The notes beneath the pieces were generated by a model. It was given only the letters and a program-made list of their open reading frames with translations, did no database searches and was not told the origin of the DNA. Made by a program: the position numbers and the translations under genes. 64,000 nt of DNA from SAR92 bacterium BACL16 MAG-120619-bin48. Lineage in GTDB: Bacteria > Pseudomonadota > Gammaproteobacteria > Pseudomonadales > Porticoccaceae. Of the stretch, positions 20,837 through 32,169 are shown piece by piece (within the stretch, counting starts at the first letter, position 1; every line of letters begins with the position of its first letter). The stretch spans positions 1,513 to 65,512 of the forward strand of contig LIDE01000017.1 of assembly GCA_001438605.1 (NCBI GenBank). The letters run 5' to 3'.

Positions 20837-23086
20837 ATGCTGGAAAATTCGCAGACAAATCAGCCAGTTGTCAAACGACTGGTGGTTATCGGACTCGGTC
20901 TTATCGGCTCGAGTCTCGCGTTGGCGGCGCGCCAGCATGGTCTCGCCATCGAAGTTGTCGGCATATCTCGGCGCACATCCACCCTAGACCTCGCCTTAGA
21001 GCGCGGCATTATTGATCGCGCCGAAGAGAGTCTCGCCGCCATCGCAGACAGCTTGGGTGCAGGCGACGTAGTCGTGATTGGCGTACCAACGCTCACCGTC
21101 CCAGCTATTTTGCAAGACTGCGCCGACCTCCTATCCAGCGACGTGACCATTACCGATGTCGCCAGTGTAAAAGGCAGCGTTGTCCAGGCCGCCGCCACGA
21201 TTTACGGTGCGCTGCCGCCACAATTTGTGCCCGGACATCCGATTGCTGGCTCAGAAAAAAGTGGCGTCACCGCCGCGAAAAGCGATCTCTTTGTCAATCA
21301 TCGCGTAATACTGACACCCCACGAGCACACCGCACAGCAGCACATCAACCTCGTCGAAAAACTCTGGCAGTCCGTCGGCGCCGCCGTCAGCAGCATGCCC
21401 ATTCGCGAACACGACGAAGTACTTGCCGCCACCAGCCACTTACCGCACTTTCTCGCCTACTCGCTGGTCGACACACTGGCCAATATGCGGGAAAATCGCG
21501 AAATTTTCCGCTACGCAGCCGGAGGATTCCGCGACTTTACGCGCATAGCCGCCAGCGATCCCGTTATGTGGCGCGACATTGCACTGGCCAATCGCGACGC
21601 AATACTCAGCGTGCTCGACCAAGTAATGGCCGATTTTAACCAGCTGCGCGGCGCCATCGACAGTGGCGACGAAACCTACTTGATGGACGTTTTCACCCGC
21701 GCTCGCGACGCGCGAAACCATTTTGGCAAACTTATTGAAAGCAAGGTGTTAGAACAACCCATGTCTGAAAAAACAATTAATTACAGAGTCTCCCCAGGGG
21801 GAGTTGCGCAGGGCGACATTCGTGTACCCGGCGACAAATCAATGTCCCACCGCTCAATCATGCTCGGATCTATCGCAGAGGGCATGACCGAAGTGACAGG
21901 TTTCCTTGAAGGCGAAGACAGTCTCGCCACACTACAAGCGTTTCGCGACATGGGCGTGGTTATTGAAGGTCCAGACCAAGGCCGCGTAGTCATTCACGGC
22001 GTCGGTCTGCACGGATTAAAAGCACCGAACAAGCCCCTCTACTTGGGCAATTCAGGCACCTCCATGCGCCTATTGAGCGGCTTATTGGCGGGGCAAACGT
22101 TTGATGTCGAACTCACCGGCGATGCCTCCCTGACCGGACGGCCAATGGCCCGTGTCGCAAATCCACTCACCGAAATGGGTGCAGTCATTGAAACGGCAGC
22201 CGGTGGCAAGCCGCCACTGCGTATAAAAGGTGGCAACAAGCTCAAAGCTATCCATTACGTCATGCCCATGGCCAGCGCGCAGGTTAAATCCTGTGTCTTA
22301 CTAGCAGGACTCTACGCCGACGGTGAGACCTCCACAGTTGAGCCAGCGCCTACCCGCGACCACAGCGAGCGCATGTTGCGCGGCTTCGGTTACGACGTCA
22401 CCACCGACGGCAGCAAAGCCTCACTCCGTGGCGGCGGCGCACTCACTGCCACACGAATCGATGTCCCCGCAGATATCTCCTCCGCAGCGTTTTTCATGGT
22501 AGCCGCAGCCATCACCCCCGGCTCCGATATTATGTTGCGCCATGTCGGCGTCAATCCCACACGCATCGGCGTGATCAACATCTTGCGCCAGATGGGCACC
22601 CTTATCGAACTGTCCAACGAGCGCGAAGTTGGCGGCGAGCCAGTGGCCGACATTCGCATACGCCATGCAGAGTTGCTCGGTATTGTGATTCCTGAAGACC
22701 AAGTACCCCTCGCCATCGACGAATTCCCCGTACTCTTTATTGCCGCCGCCTGCGCCAAGGGCGAAACCGTACTTACCGGCGCAGAAGAGTTGCGAGTAAA
22801 AGAGAGCGACCGCATTCAGAGCATGGCTGACGGCCTGCTAACGTTAGGCATTGACGCCCAAGCCACCCCAGACGGCATCCGCATACAGGGCGGTCAGATA
22901 GGTGGCGGCGTGGTCCATAGTCATGACGACCACCGTATAGCCATGGCGTTCTCCATTGCAGCACTGCGCGCGCAAGACGAAATTTTCGTGCAGGACTGCA
23001 ACAACGTTGCAACATCCTTCCCTGACTTCGTCGCCTTAGCGCACCGCGTAGGCTTACAGATCACCCCAGAAGTAGCAGGGCATTAA
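20837..23086 (+). CDS. aroA: Bifunctional prephenate dehydrogenase / EPSP synthase
   Basis: TyrA part: GLGLIGSS, HPIAGSE, SHLPH. AroA part: PGDKSMSHR, GNSGT, RVKESDR, DDHRIAM. Confidence 0.95.
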   Translation: MLENSQTNQPVVKRLVVIGLGLIGSSLALAARQHGLAIEVVGISRRTSTLDLALERGIIDRAEESLAAIADSLGAGDVVVIGVPTLTVPAILQDCADLLSSDVTITDVASVKGSVVQAAATIYGALPPQFVPGHPIAGSEKSGVTAAKSDLFVNHRVILTPHEHTAQQHINLVEKLWQSVGAAVSSMPIREHDEVLAATSHLPHFLAYSLVDTLANMRENREIFRYAAGGFRDFTRIAASDPVMWRDIALANRDAILSVLDQVMADFNQLRGAIDSGDETYLMDVFTRARDARNHFGKLIESKVLEQPMSEKTINYRVSPGGVAQGDIRVPGDKSMSHRSIMLGSIAEGMTEVTGFLEGEDSLATLQAFRDMGVVIEGPDQGRVVIHGVGLHGLKAPNKPLYLGNSGTSMRLLSGLLAGQTFDVELTGDASLTGRPMARVANPLTEMGAVIETAAGGKPPLRIKGGNKLKAIHYVMPMASAQVKSCVLLAGLYADGETSTVEPAPTRDHSERMLRGFGYDVTTDGSKASLRGGGALTATRIDVPADISSAAFFMVAAAITPGSDIMLRHVGVNPTRIGVINILRQMGTLIELSNEREVGGEPVADIRIRHAELLGIVIPEDQVPLAIDEFPVLFIAAACAKGETVLTGAEELRVKESDRIQSMADGLLTLGIDAQATPDGIRIQGGQIGGGVVHSHDDHRIAMAFSIAALRAQDEIFVQDCNNVATSFPDFVALAHRVGLQITPEVAGH

Positions 23087-23087
23087 T

Positions 23088-23786
23088 ATGCACAAGCCAA
23101 AAGACGTAGCGGTCATCACCATAGATGGCCCGAGTGGTGCTGGAAAAGGCACCATCAGTCGCATCGTGGCGAAAAAACTGGGTTTCCACTACCTTGATAG
23201 CGGCGCGCTATACCGCTTGCTAGGCCTCTGTTCCCAGCGCCACCACGTCAGCGTCACCAATGTTAAAAGCCTCGCGGCGCTCGCCGAGCATATGGATGTT
23301 GAGTTTAAAACCACCAAGAGCGGCGAGTTCACCATTCTGCTTGAAGGGGAAGACGTCACTCGTGAAGTGCGCACCGAAGAGACCGGCGCATTAGCCTCTC
23401 AAGTTGCGCAGTACCCCGAAGTTCGCGAAGCGCTGCTCAAACGCCAGCGGCTGTTTGCGCGCGCGCCAGGGTTAGTCGCCGATGGGCGCGATATGGGCAC
23501 CGTTATTTTCCCCGACGCGCCGGTCAAAATTTACCTCACCGCCTCCGCTGAAGAGCGCGCCAGCCGGCGCTACAAAGAGTTGATTGCAAAGGGTGAAAAT
23601 GTTAGTCTGCCCGCCCTCGTAGAGCAGGTACGCTCGCGAGATGAACGCGACATGACGAGAGAATCGTCGCCACTGCGACCCGCAGCCGGCGCGATCAATA
23701 TAGACACCTCCTCACTGTCCATTCAAGAAGTGACGGATACCGTGCTAAATCTCCTCACTGTGAAAGGATTTTCCACACACTCTTAG
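23088..23786 (+). CDS. cmk: Cytidylate kinase
   Basis: IDGPSGAGKGT and DGRDMGT. Confidence 0.96.
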   Translation: MHKPKDVAVITIDGPSGAGKGTISRIVAKKLGFHYLDSGALYRLLGLCSQRHHVSVTNVKSLAALAEHMDVEFKTTKSGEFTILLEGEDVTREVRTEETGALASQVAQYPEVREALLKRQRLFARAPGLVADGRDMGTVIFPDAPVKIYLTASAEERASRRYKELIAKGENVSLPALVEQVRSRDERDMTRESSPLRPAAGAINIDTSSLSIQEVTDTVLNLLTVKGFSTHS

Positions 23787-24048
23787 GCCGCGCTCTCCGA
23801 CAAGAGATAGGCAGAAGAGACGGCTGATGCTTTAAGGCACGTGTTAAAGCAAGTGTTAAAACAAGTATCAAGCCACGCAGTAAACGAAGTAGATGTAGTT
23901 TAGACCAATGGGCAGAGCAGCAATCGCCAGCGAATTTTGTTGCATGTCTTTAATTTAACCGACCCGCGTAAACTGGCCACGCGGAAAAAAGAGAGCAGCG
24001 CAGACAACATCATCCTGCTGTATCTCTGTCAATATTCAGGTATTTTCC

Positions 24049-25722
24049 ATGTCCGAAAGTTTTGAATCCCTATTTGAAGAAAGCCTAAAAACCGTCGAAA
24101 TGAACCCCGGCGCCATCATCACTGGCGTAGTTATCGATATCGATAAAGACTGGGTTACTGTTCACGCTGGACTCAAGTCCGAAGGCGTTATTGCCATTGA
24201 TCAGTTTTACAACGACAAAGGCGAAGTTGAAGTCTCCATCGGCGACGAAGTTCAGGTTGCCCTAGAAGCCGTAGAAGACGGTTTCGGTGTGACACGCCTG
24301 TCACGTGAAAAAGCACGTCGCGCAGAATCTTGGATCGAACTTGAAGCAGCCCATAAAGCTGACGAAGTTGTGATCGGTATTATCAGCGGCAAAGTTAAAG
24401 GTGGCTTTACAGTTGAAGTTCGCGGACTCCGCGCCTTCCTGCCAGGCTCACTGGTTGATGTTCGCCCATTGCGCGAAATCACCCACCTCGAAAACATTGA
24501 ACTCGAATTCAAAGTTATCAAGCTCGACCCTAAGCGCAACAACGTCGTTGTTAGCCGTCGCGCCGTCATGGAGAGTGCAAACTCGTCCGAGCGCGAAGAA
24601 TTACTGGCCAACCTCGAAGAAGGCGCATCATTGAAGGGCGTGATCAAGAACCTTACCGATTACGGCGCGTTCGTTGATCTCGGCGGTATTGATGGCCTGT
24701 TGCACATCACCGACATGTCTTGGAAGCGCATCAAGCATCCATCAGAGATGATCAGTGTTGGCGACGAAATCGACGTTAAAGTACTCAAGTTTGACCGCGA
24801 GCGTAACCGCGTATCTCTGGGTATGAAGCAAATGGGCGAAGATCCTTGGGGCGACATCAAAGCGCGCTACCCAGAAGGCGCTCGTTGTAAAGCCAAGATC
24901 ACCAACCTCACTGACTACGGCTGTTTCGCCGAGTTGGAAGATGGCGTTGAAGGTCTGGTACACGTTTCAGAAATGGATTGGACAAACAAAAACGTTCACC
25001 CATCTAAAATCGTTGACCTCGGCCAAGAAGTTGAAGTTATGGTTCTGGATATCGACGAAGAACGTCGTCGTATCTCTCTAGGTATCAAGCAGTGTCACAC
25101 CAACCCATGGGACGATTTCGCAACCACTATGGCCAAAGGCGATAAAGTATCTGGCAAGATCAAGTCGATCACCGACTTCGGTATCTTTATTGGTCTGGAC
25201 GGCGGCATTGACGGCCTGGTTCACCTGTCTGACATCTCTTGGGATGAGACTGGCGAAGAAGCCGTTCGCAACTTCAAGAAAGGCGAAGAAGTTGAGACTG
25301 TTGTACTCAGCATTGATGCAGAGCGCGAGCGCATCTCTCTGGGTATCAAGCAGCTTACCGACGACCCATTCAACAACTATGTAACTGACAACGACAAAGG
25401 CGCTATCGTCACTGGTACCGTCAAAGAAGTTGACGCCAAAGGTGCGATTATCACTTTGGCAGACGGCATCGAAGGCTACCTGAAGGGCTCAGAACTGGGT
25501 CGCGACAAAGTCGAAGACGCTCGCCATGAGTTACAAGAAGGCCAAGAAGTTGAAGCCAAAATCATTAACGTAGATCGTAAAACGCGCGCAATTACATTGT
25601 CTATCAAGGCAAAAGACGTTGCAGACGAAAAAGCAGTAGTGAAAGCTCACCGCAAGACCGAAGCTGAAACTGCCGCACCAACGACTATTGGTGATTTGAT
25701 CAAGGCGCAAATGGACAAGTAA
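24049..25722 (+). CDS. rpsA: 30S ribosomal protein S1
   Basis: Six S1 repeats (e.g. [16 protein letters not shown]) and [12 protein letters not shown] start. Confidence 0.98.
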   Translation: MSESFESLFEESLKTVEMNPGAIITGVVIDIDKDWVTVHAGLKSEGVIAIDQFYNDKGEVEVSIGDEVQVALEAVEDGFGVTRLSREKARRAESWIELEAAHKADEVVIGIISGKVKGGFTVEVRGLRAFLPGSLVDVRPLREITHLENIELEFKVIKLDPKRNNVVVSRRAVMESANSSEREELLANLEEGASLKGVIKNLTDYGAFVDLGGIDGLLHITDMSWKRIKHPSEMISVGDEIDVKVLKFDRERNRVSLGMKQMGEDPWGDIKARYPEGARCKAKITNLTDYGCFAELEDGVEGLVHVSEMDWTNKNVHPSKIVDLGQEVEVMVLDIDEERRRISLGIKQCHTNPWDDFATTMAKGDKVSGKIKSITDFGIFIGLDGGIDGLVHLSDISWDETGEEAVRNFKKGEEVETVVLSIDAERERISLGIKQLTDDPFNNYVTDNDKGAIVTGTVKEVDAKGAIITLADGIEGYLKGSELGRDKVEDARHELQEGQEVEAKIINVDRKTRAITLSIKAKDVADEKAVVKAHRKTEAETAAPTTIGDLIKAQMDK

Positions 25723-25740
25723 TGTTCAGTTGAGTAAGTG

Positions 25741-25769
25741 AAAAAGGGTGGCTTTGCCACCCTTTTTTT
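25741..25769 (+). terminator. Intrinsic terminator after rpsA
   Basis: AAAAAGGGTGGC-TTT-GCCACCC-TTTTTTT. Confidence 0.85.
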
Positions 25770-25900
25770 ATGCACAAAACTCTAATCCACCATCTTTTGC
25801 TTGTATAAATTTAAAACTTCAATAAAATCAACGAGTAATCGCGGTCACGGACGATATTCAGCAGAAACCCCCAACCCCTAATAAAACAACGAAAAAAAGC

Positions 25901-26185
25901 ATGACTAAATCTGAATTAATCGAAAAAATTGCCGCCAGCCAAGACCAACTCCCCCCCAAGGACGTTGAACTCGCCGTAAGAATGATTCTAGAGCGCATGA
26001 CCCAAGCACTGGTCAACAACCAGCGCACAGAAATCCGTGGCTTTGGCAGCTTCTCCCTCCACTATCGCGCCCCACGCGTTGGCCGCAACCCAAAGACCGG
26101 CGACGCCGTCGATCTCACCGGCAAATATGTACCGTACTTCAAGCCTGGCAAAGAACTGCGCGCCCGCGTCAACGACAGCCTCTAA
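25901..26185 (+). CDS. ihfB: Integration host factor beta
   Basis: [16 protein letters not shown] and GRNPKTG; follows rpsA. Confidence 0.95.
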   Translation: MTKSELIEKIAASQDQLPPKDVELAVRMILERMTQALVNNQRTEIRGFGSFSLHYRAPRVGRNPKTGDAVDLTGKYVPYFKPGKELRARVNDSL

Positions 26186-26278
26186 CCGCAGACTAGACCG
26201 CCCATCCACAAACTTTAACAGCGGCCCCGCAACTATTTCGGTTACTATGCCTAGGCACTAAATACCGGAGAGTAGAAG

Positions 26279-28420
26279 ATGCCCGCAGAGATAAAAACCC
26301 ACTACCGCGCCTGCAACCTATGTGAAGCCATCTGTGGCCTTGAGATAAAAACTCAGGGCGACCAAGTCCTCTCCATCAAAGGCGACAAAAACGACCCCCT
26401 CAGTCGCGGATATCTGTGCCCCAAGGGCACCGCCATGGAAGACATCTACACCGACCCCGATCGACTGCGGCAGCCCGTCAAGCGCGTCGGAGACACCTGG
26501 CTCCCCATTAGTTGGGACGAAGCCTTTGCCACCGTTGCGGAAAAAATTGTCGCCGTCCAACAGCAGCACGGCGCAGACAGCGTCGCCTTTTATGCCGGCA
26601 ACCCCAACGTCCACAACTATGGCAGCATGACCCACGCCAGCGTGCTGCGCAAAGCCGTGCAGAGTAAAACGCACTTCTCCGCCACCAGCCTCGACCAGCT
26701 ACCGCACCACCTAACCTCATTTACGATGTACGGTCATCAGTCATTGATACCCGTGCCCGACATTGACCACACCAACTACATGCTGATCATCGGCGGCAAC
26801 CCGCTCGCCTCAAACGGCAGCATCATGACCGTCCCCGACGTTCCCAAGCGACTCAAAGCCATTCAGCAGCGCGGCGGCCGCTTTATCGTCATCGATCCAC
26901 GGCGCAGCGAAACCGCCGAAATAGCCGACCAGCACCTCTTTATACGCCCCGGCAACGACGCCTACCTGCTCATGGCCATGATCCACACATTATTTGCAGA
27001 AAACCTCGTCAACACCGGCCACCTCAGCCACCTCCTAGTCGGACTCGACGACGTACGCAGCCTCAGCCAACCCTTCACCCCAGAACTCGCCGAACAGCGC
27101 ACCGGCATCGCCGCCGACCAAGTTCGCCAGCTCGCCCGCGACATGGCCACCATCGACGGCGCCGTCTGCTACGGCCGCATGGGCGTCTCCGTGCAAGTGT
27201 TTGGCACCCTCTGTCAGTGGGCCATCCAAATCATCAACATACTCACCCACTCGCTGGACGTGCGCGGCGGCCTCATGCTGACATCCCCAGCCTTTGGTTA
27301 CGTCAAACCGGGAGAATCCGGCGCCGGCCACTTCGCCGCCTTCCACAGCCGCATCAGTGGCCTGCCAGAATTCGCCGGCGAACTGCCCAGCACCGTCATG
27401 GCCGAAGAAATGCTCACTGAAGGAGAAGGGCAGATCCGCGCCCTCATCACCACCGCCGGCAACCCCGTACTCTCAGCACCCAACGGCCAGCAAATGGACG
27501 AGGCCCTGAGCGGACTCGACTTCATGGTCTGTCTCGACTTCTACATCAACGAAACCACCCAACACGCAGACATTATTCTGCCGCCCACCAGCGCCCTCGA
27601 ACACGACCACTACGACCTCGCGTTTCACCGCCTCGCCGTGCACAACACCGCCCGCTTCAACGAGCCCGTGTTCCAACCCGCCCCGGGCGCACTGCACGAC
27701 TGGGAAATTTTTAACGGCCTCGGCCTCGCCATCGCCGCGCGCAAAGGCATAGAGCTCAAGCCGCTGCCCTCACCAGACAAACTAATCGACATGGGCATAC
27801 AGCGCGGCCCCTACAGCGCCGCAGCAGGGCACCCCCTCGCACTCACCCTCGACAAAATCAAGCAGCACCCCCACGGCATCGACATTGGACGCCTCGAACC
27901 CAGCCTCCCCGAGCGCATCTGCACCCACGACGGGCAAATACAACTGCTCGCAGACTACCTGCGACAAGACATCGCCCGCCTTGAAAACACCCCAGCGGCC
28001 ACCGACAAAGACGAACTCCTGCTCATCGGACGCCGCCACATCCGCAGCAACAACTCCTGGATGCACAACGCCCATCGACTCGTCAAAGGCAAACCGCGCT
28101 GGCAACTGCTCATGCACCCCGACGACCTCGCCGCCCGCAACCTCACCCACGAATCACAGGTGCGCATCGAGTCCCGCGTAGGCAGCGTGCAAACCCAAGT
28201 ACTCGCCAGCGACGAAGTTATGCGCGGCGTCGTCAGCCTGCCCCATGGTTGGGGACACAAACGCAAAGGCGTCAGCCTAAGTATCGCCACCGAGCAGGAC
28301 GGCGTCAGCTGCAACGACCTAACCGACAACAAACTTATCGACCAAGCCAGCGGCAATGCAGCCCTCAACGGCGTCCCAGTTAAAATTTATCCAGTACAAG
28401 CACGAGGCGCACAAGCATGA
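26279..28420 (+). CDS. Cytoplasmic molybdopterin (bis-MGD) oxidoreductase with a [4Fe-4S] site
   Basis: CNLCEAICG...CPKG, DPDRLRQP, VIDPRR and C-terminal GRRH...MHPDD...VSLPHGWG. No Tat signal. Confidence 0.88.
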   Translation: MPAEIKTHYRACNLCEAICGLEIKTQGDQVLSIKGDKNDPLSRGYLCPKGTAMEDIYTDPDRLRQPVKRVGDTWLPISWDEAFATVAEKIVAVQQQHGADSVAFYAGNPNVHNYGSMTHASVLRKAVQSKTHFSATSLDQLPHHLTSFTMYGHQSLIPVPDIDHTNYMLIIGGNPLASNGSIMTVPDVPKRLKAIQQRGGRFIVIDPRRSETAEIADQHLFIRPGNDAYLLMAMIHTLFAENLVNTGHLSHLLVGLDDVRSLSQPFTPELAEQRTGIAADQVRQLARDMATIDGAVCYGRMGVSVQVFGTLCQWAIQIINILTHSLDVRGGLMLTSPAFGYVKPGESGAGHFAAFHSRISGLPEFAGELPSTVMAEEMLTEGEGQIRALITTAGNPVLSAPNGQQMDEALSGLDFMVCLDFYINETTQHADIILPPTSALEHDHYDLAFHRLAVHNTARFNEPVFQPAPGALHDWEIFNGLGLAIAARKGIELKPLPSPDKLIDMGIQRGPYSAAAGHPLALTLDKIKQHPHGIDIGRLEPSLPERICTHDGQIQLLADYLRQDIARLENTPAATDKDELLLIGRRHIRSNNSWMHNAHRLVKGKPRWQLLMHPDDLAARNLTHESQVRIESRVGSVQTQVLASDEVMRGVVSLPHGWGHKRKGVSLSIATEQDGVSCNDLTDNKLIDQASGNAALNGVPVKIYPVQARGAQA

Positions 28421-29265
28421 GCAACCAACTGAGAATCTTTAAAGACGCCACCGCCATCATGACCGGCGGCGCCTCCGGCATAGGTCGCGCCATGGCCCTC
28501 GAACTCGTCAGCCGCGGCTGCACCGTCGTCCTCGCCGACCGCCAAATCGCCCTCGCCGAAGAACTTGCCGCCAGCATCGTAGCCAGCGGCGGCAACGCCT
28601 GGGCCAGAGAACTCAACGTCTGCGACTACAACGCCGTAAAAGTCCTCGTCGAAGAAACCGTCGCCAAAACCGGCCGACTCGACTACATGTTCAACAACGC
28701 CGGCATCGCCGTCGGCGGCATGACCCATGAATACCAAGTCAGCGACTGGGACACAACCATGGACGTCAACGTGCGCGGCGTCACCAACGGCGTCCAAGCC
28801 TGCTACAGCCTCATGGTCGAGCAGGGCTTCGGCCACATCGTCAACACCGCCTCCATGGCCGGCCTCGTCCCCGCCACCAACGCCGTCGCCTACAGCACCA
28901 GTAAATTTGCCGTCGCAGGCCTCTCCCAGTCCCTGCGCATCGAAGCCGAATACCGCGGCGTGCGGGTCAGCGCCCTCTGCCCCGGCGCCATTCAAACCCC
29001 CATTTTAACCGGCGGCGAATTTGGCAAACTCGGCTCAGGCATCACCAAAGAGCAAGCCGAAAAATTCTGGGTTGCCCTAAAACCCATGGCCCCCGAAGCG
29101 TTTGCCCGCCAGGCCATCGACAAAGTCGCGAAAAATCACGCCCTCATTATCGTGCCCAGCTGGTGGCAAAAAGCCCACCTCGTATTCCGCCTATTACCAA
29201 GCCTCTGGTTTGCCTGGTCCAAGAAAGAAATGATTCGCTCAATGCGAATTTTTCAGCAGAAATAA
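28417..29265 (+). CDS. Short-chain dehydrogenase/reductase
   Basis: TGGASGIG, NNAG and YSTSK; ATGA overlap with the upstream gene. Confidence 0.9.
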   Translation: MSNQLRIFKDATAIMTGGASGIGRAMALELVSRGCTVVLADRQIALAEELAASIVASGGNAWARELNVCDYNAVKVLVEETVAKTGRLDYMFNNAGIAVGGMTHEYQVSDWDTTMDVNVRGVTNGVQACYSLMVEQGFGHIVNTASMAGLVPATNAVAYSTSKFAVAGLSQSLRIEAEYRGVRVSALCPGAIQTPILTGGEFGKLGSGITKEQAEKFWVALKPMAPEAFARQAIDKVAKNHALIIVPSWWQKAHLVFRLLPSLWFAWSKKEMIRSMRIFQQK

Positions 29266-29339
29266 TCGCCAGTCACCGCATAACCCCCGTCAAAACACCC
29301 CAGTCGCCTCCCAGCTAACCCCACGGAGCGACTGGCCAA

Positions 29340-29381
29340 CACCCAACATCAAGCACCCAACACCCAACATCAAGCACCCAA
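29340..29381 (+). repeat. Heptamer mosaic repeat, (CACCCAA CATCAAG CACCCAA) x2
   Basis: Six consecutive 7-mers read directly. Confidence 0.85.
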
Positions 29382-29511
29382 TTCCCACACTAGCGCCCAA
29401 AGCCAACAATCGTCGGCATCCCCATATGCTATAACTTAACCATTCACGGAACCGCTCTGGGGGAAAAGCCTGGCCAAGTCGTCTACTACTGTCCGGGCTC
29501 ACGATAAAATC

Positions 29512-29943
29512 ATGGATGAAGACCAACCAGTGAACAGCAAAGACAGCATTCACAGCGTATTTATGGCACTGCGCAGCAGCCTCGCCCGCGCCGTCATGGG
29601 CATGGTGCCGCCCCGCGAAGTTGAAGACATCGTGCAAGAAACCTACGTTCGCGTCTGCCAAGTCAAAGACTGGGATCAAATACGCCAGCCGCGCTCCTAC
29701 CTATTCCGCACCGCCCGCAACCTCGCCCTCGACTACCGCAAACGCTTCGAAACCAAATACACCGACAGCATTGACGACGAAGGCGTCGAAGCCCTCGTCG
29801 ACGGATTAAACGTCGCCGACGGCACCTTCGAACAAGCCGCCTCCAACCAAGAGTTCGCCATCTTTTGCGAAGCCGTGCCAAATCTGGTCGCTCCTTCACA
29901 GGAGCGTGGATTGAAACCGCGAACTGTGGGGCGCGCCAGTTGA
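29512..29943 (+). pseudogene. FecI-like ECF sigma factor truncated before region 4; the ORF reads through into the CRISPR array
   Basis: Region-2 motifs EDIVQETYVR and YLFRTARNLALD. Sigma-like sequence ends at EFAIFCEAV (29877). The last 21 codons come from the junction, repeat 1 and spacer 1. Confidence 0.8.
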
Positions 29944-30047
29944 ATTATCGCGTCGCTCCTTCACAGGAGCGTGGATTGAAACACTAGAATATCGAGAAGC
30001 ATCTGAGTTTGATCAGGTCCCTCCGTCACAGAAGTGAGGATTGCATC
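29887..30047 (+). CRISPR. Orphan mini CRISPR array with a type I-C-like repeat (GTCGCTCCTTCACAGGAGCGTGGATTGAAAC)
   Basis: Identical 31-nt repeats at 29887-29917 and 29952-29982; degenerate third copy at 30017-30047 (7 mismatches). Two 34-nt spacers. Internal stem CGCTCC/GGAGCG and ATTGAAAC 3' end. Confidence 0.92.
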
Positions 30048-30131
30048 GCCGTAACTCAACTTTACCCGCGAAATAGTTTTTGAAGAGCTGGTCCCTGTCC
30101 GCCTGACGTCGGCAAGCCGAACACCAACCAC

Positions 30132-32162
<2,031 letters not shown>

Positions 32163-32169
32163 TCAGCGG

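Noticed and set aside
20837-23086. TyrA-AroA fusion as a novelty
   Set aside because: This fusion is well known in Pseudomonadales and related gammaproteobacteria.
29448-29485. ECF-type promoter upstream of the sigma remnant (GGAACC or GGGGAAAA ... CGTCTA)
   Set aside because: The spacing does not fit the usual 16-17 nt, so it cannot be supported.
29918-30016. Self-targeting by the CRISPR spacers within the window
   Set aside because: Only ~10-11-nt chance matches were noticed (near 10940 and 56290); no protospacer-length match was seen by eye.
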